Shown: piece by piece, positions 30,401-38,974 of the stretch
Layout of the letters: every line of letters begins with the position of its first letter
How positions within the stretch are numbered: the first letter of the stretch is position 1
From: Alkalispirochaeta sp.
GTDB lineage: Bacteria; Spirochaetota; Spirochaetia; DSM-27196; Alkalispirochaetaceae
Assembly: GCA_965601925.1 (NCBI GenBank)
Contig: OZ271854.1
Coordinates: 4,128,001 to 4,192,000, forward strand
Length of the DNA: 64,000 bases
Direction: 5' to 3'
Translations under genes and position numbers: made by a program
Notes under the pieces: model-generated
What the model saw: the letters and a program-made list of their open reading frames with translations, nothing else
Told to the model about the DNA's origin: nothing
The model's database searches: none

Positions 30401-33400
30401 ACCAGGTCCGCCACCGCCGTGGGAATGTCGTCCATCGCCACCAGCTCTTCGTAGATATCCCGCAACGTCGCAATGGACGGAACGGTGTCTCCCGTGGTGA
30501 TCGGCGCCACGATCGCCGTTACCGTCGCCGCGTAGACGGCCATTCGCGTCCCGATCGTGGTGATCGAGACCTCCCGATACGCCTCCCACGCGTCCCGTAA
30601 CGCCTCGGCGTCGGCGAGTGCCGTCACCTCGTCGCGAAGCAGATCGTCCACGAGTCCCGCGTAGTCGACGCCGAAGTCCGTATCCCGCTCTCCGGTCTCA
30701 AAGACGATCCGCGCCGCTCCCGCCGCATCGCTCCCGTCCGAAAGCGCATCCACGTCGATCGTCACCAGAGACGGGTCAAAGACCACATACGCCACCCCCG
30801 GCGGCGGCGTGCCCGCTCCCGTGTCGTCGGTCATGATATAGACCGTGCCGATCGCCGGATCCGCGGGGATCTCGCTCGCATCGGCTACCGTCACCACCGT
30901 CGGCTCCGTCGGCGCACTCAGGCCCGCGTCCACGGCCGCCGTCACCGCCGCCGCGTAAGCACTCGTCACCGCCGTATCTCGCGCCGCATCGATCATCGCG
31001 GCCTCCGCCGCCACCAAGGTGTCGTAGTGTCCTTGGATCGCGTCGCGCGCCGCCTCTCGCGCCGCGTCCAGAGCCGTGTAGGCCGCCGTCACCGCCGTGG
31101 TGTGGCCGTCCCCGATCACCGCGATCTCATCCGCGCTCGCCCATCCCGCCTCGTCGGTCACCACCGTGCCGCGCAATACGCGGATCGCGTACTCGCTCCG
31201 CGCCACATCCCGTGCCGCCGCCGCGGTCGCATCCGCCAGCAGCCGTTCCGCCGCCAGCTCGCGCAGCCGTCGTTCCGGTGTCCCCGTCCCCACCGCCGTC
31301 GCCGCATCGATCGCCGCCACCAGGTCCGCATACCGTCCCGTCTCGATATCGAGTCCCGCCGCCGCCAAGGTCAGTCCCAGCTCCTCGGCGTCCACCGTCG
31401 CCCAATCGATCGCGAGCCCCGCGAGTACATCTCGGTGCGCGATCAGCGTCGGAAGGTCGACGTACTCGTCGCTCTCCGCATCGTCACTCCCGGCAAGGTC
31501 ATGGGCGATCGAGAGCGCGTCCTCCCACGCCGTCGCCACGTGCGCATCCGCGTCGGCTCTCGCATACGCCTCCGCATTCGCCGCACGCCCTTCGCCGGCG
31601 TGCGTCGTAACGTGATCGGAGAGGGTGCGAATCAACGTGTCGTAGACGCTCGCGTCGTTTAACCGCTGCACCTCTTCCGCCGCCGCAAGCTCCGCGGTAA
31701 TCCGTCGCAGCTCCGCCTCCTCGATCGAGAGCGCCGCCTGCCGGTCCGCCAACGCCGCCTGGGCGTCGGGTAACAGCGTCCGCGTCATCGTCTCCAAGGT
31801 CGCGATCGCCTCGGCAAACGCCGCCTCCGCCGCCTCGAACGCCGCCCGCTCCACAGCATAGCGCGCCTCGGTCTCGGCCAACGTCGCGCGGTCCGAGGAG
31901 GTATCCGCCGCGTATGCGGCCACCGCCTCGGCAATGGCGTGCTGATCCTCCAGCGCGGCGACCATGCCCGCCAGTCGCGCCGCCTCCACCTCGCCGGAGC
32001 TCAACGCCGCCCCGTAGGTGTCCAGCTCGCCGAACATCCCGTACAGACTCGCCTGGGCGCCGTCGCGCATCGCCTCGAAGTCCGCCAACACTCCGCCGGT
32101 CCCGTCCGCGCCGTGCCAATAGACCAGCTCCTCGTTTACCTCCGCCAACGGCGCGTGCGTCGCCGCATACCGCCCGTTGATGAGGTCTAAATCCATGAGA
32201 ATCTTCGCTGTCGGCGCCTGATGGTCGTAGGCCGCTACACCAAAACGGTTCTGTAACCACGCTACCCACTCGGCCTCGTGGTCACGAACGTAATTGCCTA
32301 TGTTAGTGAACGGATGTCCGAGACTTTGAGCTGTAAATGTTCTCTTCAGATCAAAATCACCATCGTGGTTGCTCAAAAACGTGTTGTATCGCGCATTCGC
32401 AAGCTCGGTCTGTTTCGCTTTGCGCTGCGAGAGATAGGTTGTTTGATCATCGAGGAGAGCGGTACGCATCTCCTCCAAGGCGGCGATATTGCGCTTCGCC
32501 ATCGCCACCACGTCGGCCGCTTGGCGATACACCGCCAGATACGCCTCGCTCTCCGATCGGATCTTCGCCTGTTCTTCCGCCGCCGCACGGGCAAGCTCCG
32601 CCATCGTCTCGTCAAACGAGTCCCGAAACGCCGTCGTCGTCTCCTCCCACGCCGCCGCACCTACCGCCAGCACGTCCTGCATCTCTCCGATCCACGCGCT
32701 CCGCGACGCCTCGAACGATCGCAACGCCTCGTCCCACGCCGCCTCCGCCTCGCGATACTGCTCCTGCGCCTCCGACTCCCACGCCATCCGTTCGGCGATA
32801 AATCGCTCTTCCGCACCGTTCCACGCGCTCAATCCCCGCGCAAACTCCGCCTCAAAGCTCTCCTGCCACGCCTCCGCCTCTATCCGCGCCTCGCCCACAT
32901 CCGCGTCACCCTCCGGTACCAACGCCGCCAGATGCGCGCTCACCTCGTCCAACCTCACCTGCGTGTCGCGAATCAACCGCCCCGCCGTCGACCGCGCCGT
33001 CTCCTCCTCCGCCTGCCGCCGCATGCTGTAGCTGTCCTGTAACCGCCCCTGCGCCAACCGCCGGCTCGATCGTATCACCTGCGACCGAAACTCCCGCTCG
33101 ATATGCGCCTTGTACTCGCCCACCGATACCGCCAGCTCGCTCGCCACCGTCTCCCGCACCGCGCCCTCAAACGTTCCCAACACCTCCGTCGCCGTCGCCT
33201 CCGCGCTCGCTTCCCACGCCGTGTACAACGCCGCAAACGCACCCTCGACCTCCGCCTCCCACGCCGCCGCGGCCGCCTCGTATCCCTCCGCACCCTGCAG
33301 GATCACATCCCCCGCCTCGTCGAAGGTGTACTCGCCCCCGCCGTCGGTCTCGTACAGATATCGCCGATTCGCCGCATCGATCGCGCGCCGCAGCCCCGCC

Positions 33401-33678
33401 GCGTCAAACCGCGCCACCGACCGCTCCCATTCCGCCTCGACCACCCGGCCCAGACTCGCCGCCCACCGGTCGCCCAGGGCCGCCGTCTCCCACTCGTCCA
33501 GCCCCCCCAGGCCGATCCCCGTCACCGCCTCCCATTCCGCGATGCTCCCGCTGCGACTCGCCCGCTCGTACACACCCTCGCCGACGACGTGATCGCCCGT
33601 CTCAACGTCGTCCGGCATCTGCCCGACGACCGTTCCCGTGCATGCCGCGATCAGTACTGCGATTCCTATTCGTCTCAT
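24466..33678 (-). CDS. Giant (3070 aa) exported helical protein with C-terminal M23 peptidase; putative polymorphic toxin
   Basis: N-terminal hydrophobic signal; AGAGG RBS; Ala/Glu-rich coiled-coil body; HEGTH (25666-25680); M23 motifs HTGVD (24925-24939), YLHL, GNTG and HLH (24628-24636). Confidence 0.85.
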   Translation of the reverse strand: MRRIGIAVLIAACTGTVVGQMPDDVETGDHVVGEGVYERASRSGSIAEWEAVTGIGLGGLDEWETAALGDRWAASLGRVVEAEWERSVARFDAAGLRRAIDAANRRYLYETDGGGEYTFDEAGDVILQGAEGYEAAAAAWEAEVEGAFAALYTAWEASAEATATEVLGTFEGAVRETVASELAVSVGEYKAHIEREFRSQVIRSSRRLAQGRLQDSYSMRRQAEEETARSTAGRLIRDTQVRLDEVSAHLAALVPEGDADVGEARIEAEAWQESFEAEFARGLSAWNGAEERFIAERMAWESEAQEQYREAEAAWDEALRSFEASRSAWIGEMQDVLAVGAAAWEETTTAFRDSFDETMAELARAAAEEQAKIRSESEAYLAVYRQAADVVAMAKRNIAALEEMRTALLDDQTTYLSQRKAKQTELANARYNTFLSNHDGDFDLKRTFTAQSLGHPFTNIGNYVRDHEAEWVAWLQNRFGVAAYDHQAPTAKILMDLDLINGRYAATHAPLAEVNEELVYWHGADGTGGVLADFEAMRDGAQASLYGMFGELDTYGAALSSGEVEAARLAGMVAALEDQHAIAEAVAAYAADTSSDRATLAETEARYAVERAAFEAAEAAFAEAIATLETMTRTLLPDAQAALADRQAALSIEEAELRRITAELAAAEEVQRLNDASVYDTLIRTLSDHVTTHAGEGRAANAEAYARADADAHVATAWEDALSIAHDLAGSDDAESDEYVDLPTLIAHRDVLAGLAIDWATVDAEELGLTLAAAGLDIETGRYADLVAAIDAATAVGTGTPERRLRELAAERLLADATAAAARDVARSEYAIRVLRGTVVTDEAGWASADEIAVIGDGHTTAVTAAYTALDAAREAARDAIQGHYDTLVAAEAAMIDAARDTAVTSAYAAAVTAAVDAGLSAPTEPTVVTVADASEIPADPAIGTVYIMTDDTGAGTPPPGVAYVVFDPSLVTIDVDALSDGSDAAGAARIVFETGERDTDFGVDYAGLVDDLLRDEVTALADAEALRDAWEAYREVSITTIGTRMAVYAATVTAIVAPITTGDTVPSIATLRDIYEELVAMDDIPTAVADLVTVYTRARIAELGGSVSFVGPVENRERAEVLAAALEVLEDPDASTDDRDAAAAAVGGSADDAGVGALRSEYEGLTKANAGAAWLRHLVDEAGDTSYHTLTSPTTTGGIASAPIKGLIGEAIAALTTSSRDEIVELVTDGAAGSARSGARTTFLGAESTYLGTLGDLDAARATQADFEADAAQFATNTIAPLKEDIKTQRGRVDDARREYEEAIRAFDEAVTDYAAAASGVDTARGAYTAARRELQEAEEIMDYARTGYLTDEIDPAAVVLRRSEELERARTALRLVEEHAERVTDASRDQRYEDLIAEEREAMLTYQEAAVVRETLAVKTSGAEGALAASQMEVARTAHQLVYGADYTFAPDYDAIGTGRISGNSERFQTAGYFSGDWQEAFSTDLGAWIRTMNQLGGGVYRDIGLALYYDLYFAGVHPEDDYAVTKAPIYNNQTFNNLLGKIGWSQGSVDSRVRNDLEAAHHRVHGNSLALGAYRFFSMVVVHGGENVSFAADHVTWVADDVSHIAREYVDDRARDKQRDYMRLRRIFKRRRGKRIRSLRRQLPNYSGADERTVSMELFGEGTTALDDQNTKAAELRVLAGKRPTAAEVRTSLTASGTGAISAELSAMIAEVVSGGSASERATSLSVLAAAEARLASDVHTAGTAVADRIAELATVQQNDQISYETVLGRYLRGEEVTEAELETVTRTRFADPAYDIADHMAYRQGSMEAVLIRRGTTGAPTGALATFNDEARAFQLELIAAHIHDAAGMRLGGVHTAQSHRLTMEYETLMRREDDWTVRMNSLVATGLTEWQAGSVRLAGQRKRFQEETQEAYAEAVAVWNARYDRMTQSRTEWIERTTQHAVRAGSEATARQVGLDAERLIAESEAIAVPDLDIEVGNLEHTVREATDGRMLSTIVREAGRIADRAGGSPIVAAYLPRVRSTTQSARSARALSDELGEEIQRRAMRVTALQMREQIREGINAATDGIDDANRNMAGSIEDTFEREGYRLSGREWSRRIIIDETLFGGIERETQRVEDYRYFTSPVFAPQVDLSEESLDGLSSRGIQTMIAAAYEEMERYQILIFGRNDDQKDEGTGAISIEELNGELKERFAAATASWEAAAGYHRTRENEESGEEEYLHHDTEGLFNFHVGYAPIMRSDNPERVQEAGHGEMGRIMEAFMKNEGRLGRGLAAMEVPLYRQRFWDDDANNDGRPDGLLGAPTVTMVYDIKFAIAASVVGGAVTAVAGNAAGAAVSTAISMTDDAIFTSLDVAVGAQDADDAWEAFGKKAAATLMTNLISGGLGEVVNVGSTLVGQAAMAGMQYAASTTTSAAINSLEWNSDSFFDIDFNTDTFQDATMSDDALAGLAGAVVGAGVTGGLGDFLGSDGTGVALNSEVFDTDAITSFSSLAGNAAKMGVDYAWTGDTTANLVNLSMLGIEYETGDGPGILSQGLLEFNIGGDGPAFNVGSGGTSFDVGSIATAMGGMSDIARIGSAKIGGALGTKRGIESRGDLNLVNYNAIAGNLALATGVWNKDIQTRYEDLDEGHYGYYNHGADPTTIVMNRDLLANDKETAAMLASVAAHEGTHLFDRMLTGETTEANAHLVGDAVYNNVVAALELEGNAAFEQSIEDALADGRSYLPNQGPVDNWKLMEDGSLVMTEDGWLKDSNGNYILDDDGNRIGAEGIQGGLQNILGIGAAEAAELLRGEEFELRGEGVWWNHEGNAGRSIGLDNERYAAIYNERLAGHNTLNIYNDLVARGLMDVERPVVLGPETDYWDGRQPEVDVISYEQWKEQNFITGETNLQVNNIMAGSEVTAIFGATGSYSANPHTGVDFAVPAGTPVHSMFGGNTRFNNFGDDLNVAAGLFQETRTDVTYTFKGEPRTDSILTRYLHLESRNENLADGQLVFGNTQLGLSGNTGVWPGVSPYGNHLHVDITTQQRSPLVDSLMSNANQRLPRGTGYRYDPFIFLDPTEYTFHLDAHIYGN
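26300..26915. repeat. Giant-gene copy of the 616-bp repeat shared with cassette 1
   Basis: Matches 22798-23413. Confidence 0.95.
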
Positions 33679-33894
33679 CTTCGTCCTCTCTCTATCGCTC
33701 GTCGTCGTCTCGGTCGACCGGCCGCCTCGGATGCGTCCGTCGCACTACGACCGAACGCACCCTCCGCCCACGCCGCACCGGCGTCGCGCGGAGCATGCGC
33801 CCGTCGAAATCCTGGGATCACTCGAGATGGTCCTATCGCCTCCACACACACCACACGCTTACCGAGCCCGTGCCGCGCCGTATACGGAGATTTC

Positions 33895-34085
33895 ACTGTG
33901 TTTGACTTGCTTTCACTATATCACATCGCGCGTCTGAATAAAAGGAATACCAACACAATATTTGGTAATCTTTCCTTATTTATCCAATGCTAACGCGTAG
34001 AGTATGATTTATCGTGTATTACTTTAAAATAGTTATTGTTACGGGCTATATCGGGCATGAAAAAGGTGTGACGACACACTCTAAT
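33895..34085. promoter_or_regulatory. AT-rich intergenic region upstream of the giant gene
   Basis: Markedly AT-rich tract in a GC-rich genome; no unambiguous -35/-10 assigned. Confidence 0.4.
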
Positions 34086-34216
34086 CGCCGTGATAGCAAG
34101 CGATGGATCGATCGATGACCGCACATTTGCTCGCAGCTCCCGTCGGGCGCTATCTACCGCCCGACGCCGAACTCCGGACGGGCGCGTCGGAGTGCACGCC
34201 GGCTCTTCTGATGCTT

Positions 34217-34747
34217 CTACGCACGATTCCGCTCGAAGTCTTTGTACAGCAAACTGTGCTGAATCCCCGTATTGTTTTGATACTTTCCGCCGTTGTACGT
34301 GTCGTATTCACCCTCGATGGTGTGATAGAAGATCTGGCATATCTCTACGCCGGCGTATATCCGGATCGGCTGAACGCAGAACATTTCAAGCGTCCAGTAT
34401 CCGCGAAAACCTACATCGCCGAATCCGGCGGTGATATGGACGAAGAGTCCCAACCTCCCTATCGAGGAGCGACCTTCGAGCATGGGAACGAATCGATCGG
34501 TTGCGGTGTACTCCACCGTGCGCCCCAGGTAGAGACGGTGCGGATCGAGGAGGAGCCCCTCCTCCGGAATGACAAGCTCTTCGGAGAGGTTCTCGACGCG
34601 CATGTCGAGCTCGTGACCGCGATACACCCGCAGACGGTCGTGGAGGCGCAGGTTATAGCTGTTGGGGTTAAGCTGGGCGGATGAAAACGGCTCGATAACG
34701 ATCCCATCGCCTATGTGCGCATTGATCTCGCGGCCGGACAATATCAT
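34217..34747 (-). CDS. dcd: dCTP deaminase
   Basis: MILS, QLNPNSYNLRL, EGRSSIGRLG, TAGFGDVGF and KYQ motifs. Confidence 0.95.
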   Translation of the reverse strand: MILSGREINAHIGDGIVIEPFSSAQLNPNSYNLRLHDRLRVYRGHELDMRVENLSEELVIPEEGLLLDPHRLYLGRTVEYTATDRFVPMLEGRSSIGRLGLFVHITAGFGDVGFRGYWTLEMFCVQPIRIYAGVEICQIFYHTIEGEYDTYNGGKYQNNTGIQHSLLYKDFERNRA

Positions 34748-34802
34748 GGAGTACTCCTCGGTTGGGCACGTCGTTCGTCACGCTCGAGAGCCCGAACGTG
34801 AC

Positions 34803-34830
34803 AAAAAAACCCGCAGCATACGCTGCGGGT
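34803..34830 (-). terminator. Rho-independent terminator
   Basis: Minus strand ACCCGCAGC-GTAT-GCTGCGGGT followed by a T-run. Confidence 0.85.
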
Positions 34831-34855
34831 GGGCATTGGTATATCAATGCGTCGA

Positions 34856-35026
34856 TTACATGAGGTCCTTGGGTCGTCGCCCCTGGTTGCCGGTCTTATC
34901 GCAGACTGCATAGTGGCGTAGTTTCCCGTTCTCAAAGACGCTCTTCATCACAATCTTACCGCCCCAGCGGCTGGTAAGCTCCTGTGCGCCTTCGCGGCGC
35001 GCGTTCTTGGATATCTTTCCTGCCAT
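34856..35026 (-). CDS. Small basic hypothetical protein (56 aa)
   Basis: Strong GGAGG RBS and own terminator; MAGKISKNARREG... Confidence 0.7.
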   Translation of the reverse strand: MAGKISKNARREGAQELTSRWGGKIVMKSVFENGKLRHYAVCDKTGNQGRRPKDLM

Positions 35027-35140
35027 ATATGCGTCCCTCCCTCTTTTTAAGGATGTGCCGATCTCAACGCGTTCTGGCCGCGGAAATCCGCCAAGGGGAA
35101 CTATCGCAAAATAACGAGGGAAAGGCAAGCGGCATCCTTC

Positions 35141-35809
35141 TCACGACCCGGTCGACCACTGCGCGATCTCTCGCGCTCCCCGGGGAGAGAGGGCGTATAC
35201 TCCGCGCGACACCCGGTCGAACCATCCGTACACGTCTCTATACAGAATATCGCGCGTCGTCGGTTCCTGAAGAACGCGCGCGATCTCCGACGCTTTGGTC
35301 GGGCCGCGGTCCCGCAAAAACTGAGCGATGGCGATGGCCCGCTGGCGGTAGGCGGTCATAATGCCGCGACGGCGCTCGGCCCCACCCCGATTCGGGTCGC
35401 CGACGCGCTGAAGAAACTCGCCCAGGAGCCGTTCGCTGCGTCGCTTCGACACCCGCGGTTTGTACTCTCCCGGGTCGAGAAGTACCTCCACGCTCCCGAT
35501 CGTGCGCCCCGGGTCGATCTTGATCAGCCCCAGTCCGAGCATCCTCAATAGCTTTACGGCGCGTCGCCTGCGCCGGCGCAAACTTTTGCAGCTCGCCGGT
35601 ACTCCGATATACACGCTCGGTGTCATCGCCAACCTGTCGACACATTGCAAAATCACGTCCAGGTTAAAGGAGAGCTTGAGTTCCACGACAACGGGCGGCT
35701 CCGCGCCGCGCACCGCCACTACGTCGCACGGCCCGACCTCACCCTTCACCTCGTAGTGTTGAGATTCCAAAAACGTTTTCAGAGGGGGGTAGAGATCGGC
35801 TTCTTTCAT
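35141..35809 (-). CDS. DUF2161 family putative PD-(D/E)XK protein
   Basis: EADLYPPLK, VKGEV..CDVVA, ELK, GDPN.GG, MTAYRQ and YGWF.RV.RG motifs. Confidence 0.85.
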   Translation of the reverse strand: MKEADLYPPLKTFLESQHYEVKGEVGPCDVVAVRGAEPPVVVELKLSFNLDVILQCVDRLAMTPSVYIGVPASCKSLRRRRRRAVKLLRMLGLGLIKIDPGRTIGSVEVLLDPGEYKPRVSKRRSERLLGEFLQRVGDPNRGGAERRRGIMTAYRQRAIAIAQFLRDRGPTKASEIARVLQEPTTRDILYRDVYGWFDRVSRGVYALSPRGAREIAQWSTGS

Positions 35810-35929
35810 GAGCGTTCCGTTCGCCTGTAGGATATACCGTGTGACGTTCCGCAACGCAAGATCGTCGACGTCACCGCGTCCGAACCTTCATTGTCCGTCG
35901 AGGCGAATCGGTACGGCACGGAGCGATCT

Positions 35930-36880
35930 TCAGCTCGTCGATCCGTGCCATTCGTCGGAGAGCTGGGGAAGCAGAGCGACGATCTCGCGGCGCCTCAACT
36001 CGTGCTGCGAAGGAATTTGCAGCGTCTTGCCGAGCTCATCGCGAGACTCGTCGACGAGAAAACCGGGGCCGTCGGTTGCGATCTCAAAGAGAATGTGCGC
36101 CGGCTCCCGAAAATAGACGGACCTAAAATAGGTGCGATCGACCACCGGAGTCGGTTCGGCCCCCGTTTCGAGGATTCGAGACCGAATCTCCTCGGGGGAA
36201 TCGGGTGTACGAAACGCTACGTGGTGGACCGTTCCGGCTCCCGGTTTGCCTTTCGGCCACGCCGGCATCGAGGCGATATCGAGGTATGCGCCGTAGTCGA
36301 CATGGTTCGAACGATAGCGTGTGCGCCTACCCTCCGTTGCAACGGCTGTGTAATCAAGCACGTGCTCGAGCAGCTTCCCCGACTCACCAGCCTCCCTCAC
36401 GCTTACTTCGACGCCGAACAGACCGCGGACCGCCACGTCTGCCGGTACGTCGCCTCGTCCTCCGACCCACGGCTCGATGTGCGCATGCTCGTCGGTCATC
36501 ACCAACTCGAGCTGCAGTCCGTCCTCGTCGTAGAAGCGGAGCGTCGATCGACCGAACTGCTTCGCGATGGTTTCGGTCCGCACGTTCAGGCGACGAAACC
36601 GCTCGACCCAGAAGCCGAGACTCCCCATCGGTACGGCGAGTTGAATCTTTGTCGCCTGGGACGTGCCGCGCATACCGGTACCGGTGCCGGTAATCGGAAA
36701 AAACGTCAGAAGCGTTCCCGGCGCTCCGAGGTCGTCCCCGAAATAGAGATGATACATAGTGGGAGTGTCGAAGTTGACGGTTCGTTTTACGAGCCGCAAC
36801 CCCAACGTGTGCACGTAGAACTGGAGTGTTCGCTCGGGATCGCTCGCAATGGCGGTGATGTGATGCAGTCCGGTAATCAT
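35930..36880 (-). CDS. Ring-cleaving dioxygenase (MhqO-like VOC family)
   Basis: GLHHITA, VKRTVNFD, YHLYFGD, VHHVAF and FEIATDGPGF motifs. Confidence 0.9.
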   Translation of the reverse strand: MITGLHHITAIASDPERTLQFYVHTLGLRLVKRTVNFDTPTMYHLYFGDDLGAPGTLLTFFPITGTGTGMRGTSQATKIQLAVPMGSLGFWVERFRRLNVRTETIAKQFGRSTLRFYDEDGLQLELVMTDEHAHIEPWVGGRGDVPADVAVRGLFGVEVSVREAGESGKLLEHVLDYTAVATEGRRTRYRSNHVDYGAYLDIASMPAWPKGKPGAGTVHHVAFRTPDSPEEIRSRILETGAEPTPVVDRTYFRSVYFREPAHILFEIATDGPGFLVDESRDELGKTLQIPSQHELRRREIVALLPQLSDEWHGSTS

Positions 36881-37044
36881 ACGCTCAATGTCGGGTTCCA
36901 ACGCCGATAGCGTCAATTCCCGATGCGCCCGTAGGCCGATACGGTCGCGCGTCGCTACCGTCGACGACGACGATGCGAACGATGTATAACGTGGGATCAT
37001 CGACAACCCTCAACGGCGTCGAAAAGAGATCGCGAGGAGTATAC

Positions 37045-37242
37045 ATGGCCGTCCCTACGAGAAAAGAGCTATCCAACGGCGTGAGAGTGCGTATCGTCCT
37101 TAAGGAAGACCAGCGCACCGGAAACCTCACCGAAGGCACGGTGAAAGACATTCTGACCAAGTCGTCTACGCATCCGCACGGCATTAAGGTTCGCTTACAC
37201 GACGGGCAGGTTGGACGGGTACAGGAGATCGTGACACCGTAA
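37045..37242 (+). CDS. YwbE family protein
   Basis: VLKEDQRTG.LTEG.V.DILTKS..HPHGIKVRL.DGQVGRV; GAGGAG RBS. Confidence 0.9.
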   Translation: MAVPTRKELSNGVRVRIVLKEDQRTGNLTEGTVKDILTKSSTHPHGIKVRLHDGQVGRVQEIVTP

Positions 37243-37334
37243 TCAAAGATCGTATATCTCAAAAAATATACAACTAACGGCGTTGCGTTGGTGTTTTCAA
37301 TATCGGTCAACTACACTGATAGCGGAAATACGAC

Positions 37335-38771
37335 GTGGAATCCGACGGCAGTGACGATCTCTATCGAACGCTCTTCGTAAACGGAACGACAATCAGCCTT
37401 CTCATCGACCCCGAGACCGGCGTTATCATAGACGCCAACACGCGGGCCTGCGCGTACTACGAGTACAGTTACGAAGAGATCACGTCCAAGACGATTCACG
37501 ACATTAACACACTCACCCAGGAGGGCGTTCGTCGTGAGATGGACGCCGCCGCGCGAGAGTTACGGAATCATTTCGTCTTCCCTCACAAAAAGAAGAGTGG
37601 CGAGGTGCGCCACGTTGAGGTGTACAGTTCGCCGGTTACGATCGACGGTCGCACCAGGCTCCACTCGATCATCTTCGACATTGAAGAGAAAGTTCGCATC
37701 GAGAAGGCGCTTGAGCAGGAGCGCCGCCAGATGCTTTCCATCCTCGAAAACATTCCGATAAGCATCTACGTCGCCGACGTCGATACGTACGAGGTACTGT
37801 ATGCAAACAGCGCCATGCAGCGGTTGTACGGCACGACCATCGTCGGAAACGCGTGCTTTCGGGCGATCCACGGAAGAGACGCGCCGTGTCCGTTCTGTAC
37901 CAACCCGATGCTGATCGCCGACGGTGAACCATACCACTGGGAGTATCGCAGCCCCGTTTTGGAACGCGACTTCTCGGTGGTCGACAGGCTTATCGATTGG
38001 CCCGACGGCCGAACCGTACGATTCGAGGCGGCGGTGGACATCACCGAGAGAAAACGCACCGAAGAGGAGCTGCGCCGCCTGAACGCGACCAAAGACAAGC
38101 TCTTTTCTATTATCGCCCACGACCTGAAGAATCCGTTCCTCAATATCGTCAGCCTGTTGCAGGTATTGGAGGGCGATATAGGCTATCTAAGCATCGACCA
38201 ACTCGCCGACGCGCTCGGTGTGCTCCGCTCGTCGACGCAGAGCGCCTACGCCCTCACTGAAAATCTCCTCGACTGGTCGCGTCACCAACTCGGCTATATC
38301 GAGTTCAAGCCGACGCCCATTCGTCTCAACGAACTCGTATCGACGGTGTTCGATCTGTTCGAGAAACCGTCCGCCCGGAAATCGATCGCACTGAAAAACG
38401 ACATCGCGGACGAGACGTTCGCCTACGGCGACCCCGATATGGTGGCGACGATCCTCAGGAATCTCATATCGAATGCGATCAAGTTCACCGAAGACGGCGG
38501 GACGATCACGACGCGTTTGACGACTCGCTCCGCCATGCACCGTATCGAGGTGCACGACACGGGGATCGGCATGACGCACGATACCGCCGCCTCGCTTTTC
38601 GACCCATCGAGTCACGTGCGCACGCGGGGTACGCGCAACGAACGCGGCTCGGGTTTGGGACTTCTGATTTGCTCGGAGTTTATCGAGCGACACGGCGGAT
38701 CGATCGATGTGAAAAGCAGCCTCGGCTCGGGGTCGGTCTTCGGTTTCACACTTCCGATATACTCGACGTGA
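37335..38771 (+). CDS. PAS-domain sensor histidine kinase
   Basis: Two PAS/PAC domains; H-box IAHDLKNP; N-box RNLISNAIKF; DTGIG and GSGLGL. Confidence 0.95.
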   Translation: MESDGSDDLYRTLFVNGTTISLLIDPETGVIIDANTRACAYYEYSYEEITSKTIHDINTLTQEGVRREMDAAARELRNHFVFPHKKKSGEVRHVEVYSSPVTIDGRTRLHSIIFDIEEKVRIEKALEQERRQMLSILENIPISIYVADVDTYEVLYANSAMQRLYGTTIVGNACFRAIHGRDAPCPFCTNPMLIADGEPYHWEYRSPVLERDFSVVDRLIDWPDGRTVRFEAAVDITERKRTEEELRRLNATKDKLFSIIAHDLKNPFLNIVSLLQVLEGDIGYLSIDQLADALGVLRSSTQSAYALTENLLDWSRHQLGYIEFKPTPIRLNELVSTVFDLFEKPSARKSIALKNDIADETFAYGDPDMVATILRNLISNAIKFTEDGGTITTRLTTRSAMHRIEVHDTGIGMTHDTAASLFDPSSHVRTRGTRNERGSGLGLLICSEFIERHGGSIDVKSSLGSGSVFGFTLPIYST

Positions 38772-38974
38772 TGCATACCGGTAACAAACGCGAGTCTACG
38801 CCCCGAACAGGCATATCGAGACTTGACCGTATGGCGATGGTGTCGTAGGGTAGATGCAACCGAACGTCTCAAGTCGCAGTTTTTTGTTGCTCCTTCTTCG
38901 GCAGGTACCACGATAGACATAGCAGCTCGGAGCGCGGTTCATTTTTACGTCCTACACAAGAGGGAGTATTTGTA

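Noticed and set aside
33700..33860. Possible fourth element copy upstream of the giant gene (GATCACTC, CCCTCCGCCC)
   Set aside because: Only 8-10 nt matches, not colinear with the element and lacking the core stem.
25084..33993. Many long plus-strand ORFs antisense to the giant gene
   Set aside because: Low-complexity Arg/Pro/Ser/Ala shadows caused by GC-rich biased codons; no motifs.
14500..34200. Island as a prophage or integrative element
   Set aside because: No integrase, capsid, terminase, tRNA target or flanking direct repeats seen. The giant protein has a signal peptide, which argues against a phage tape-measure protein.
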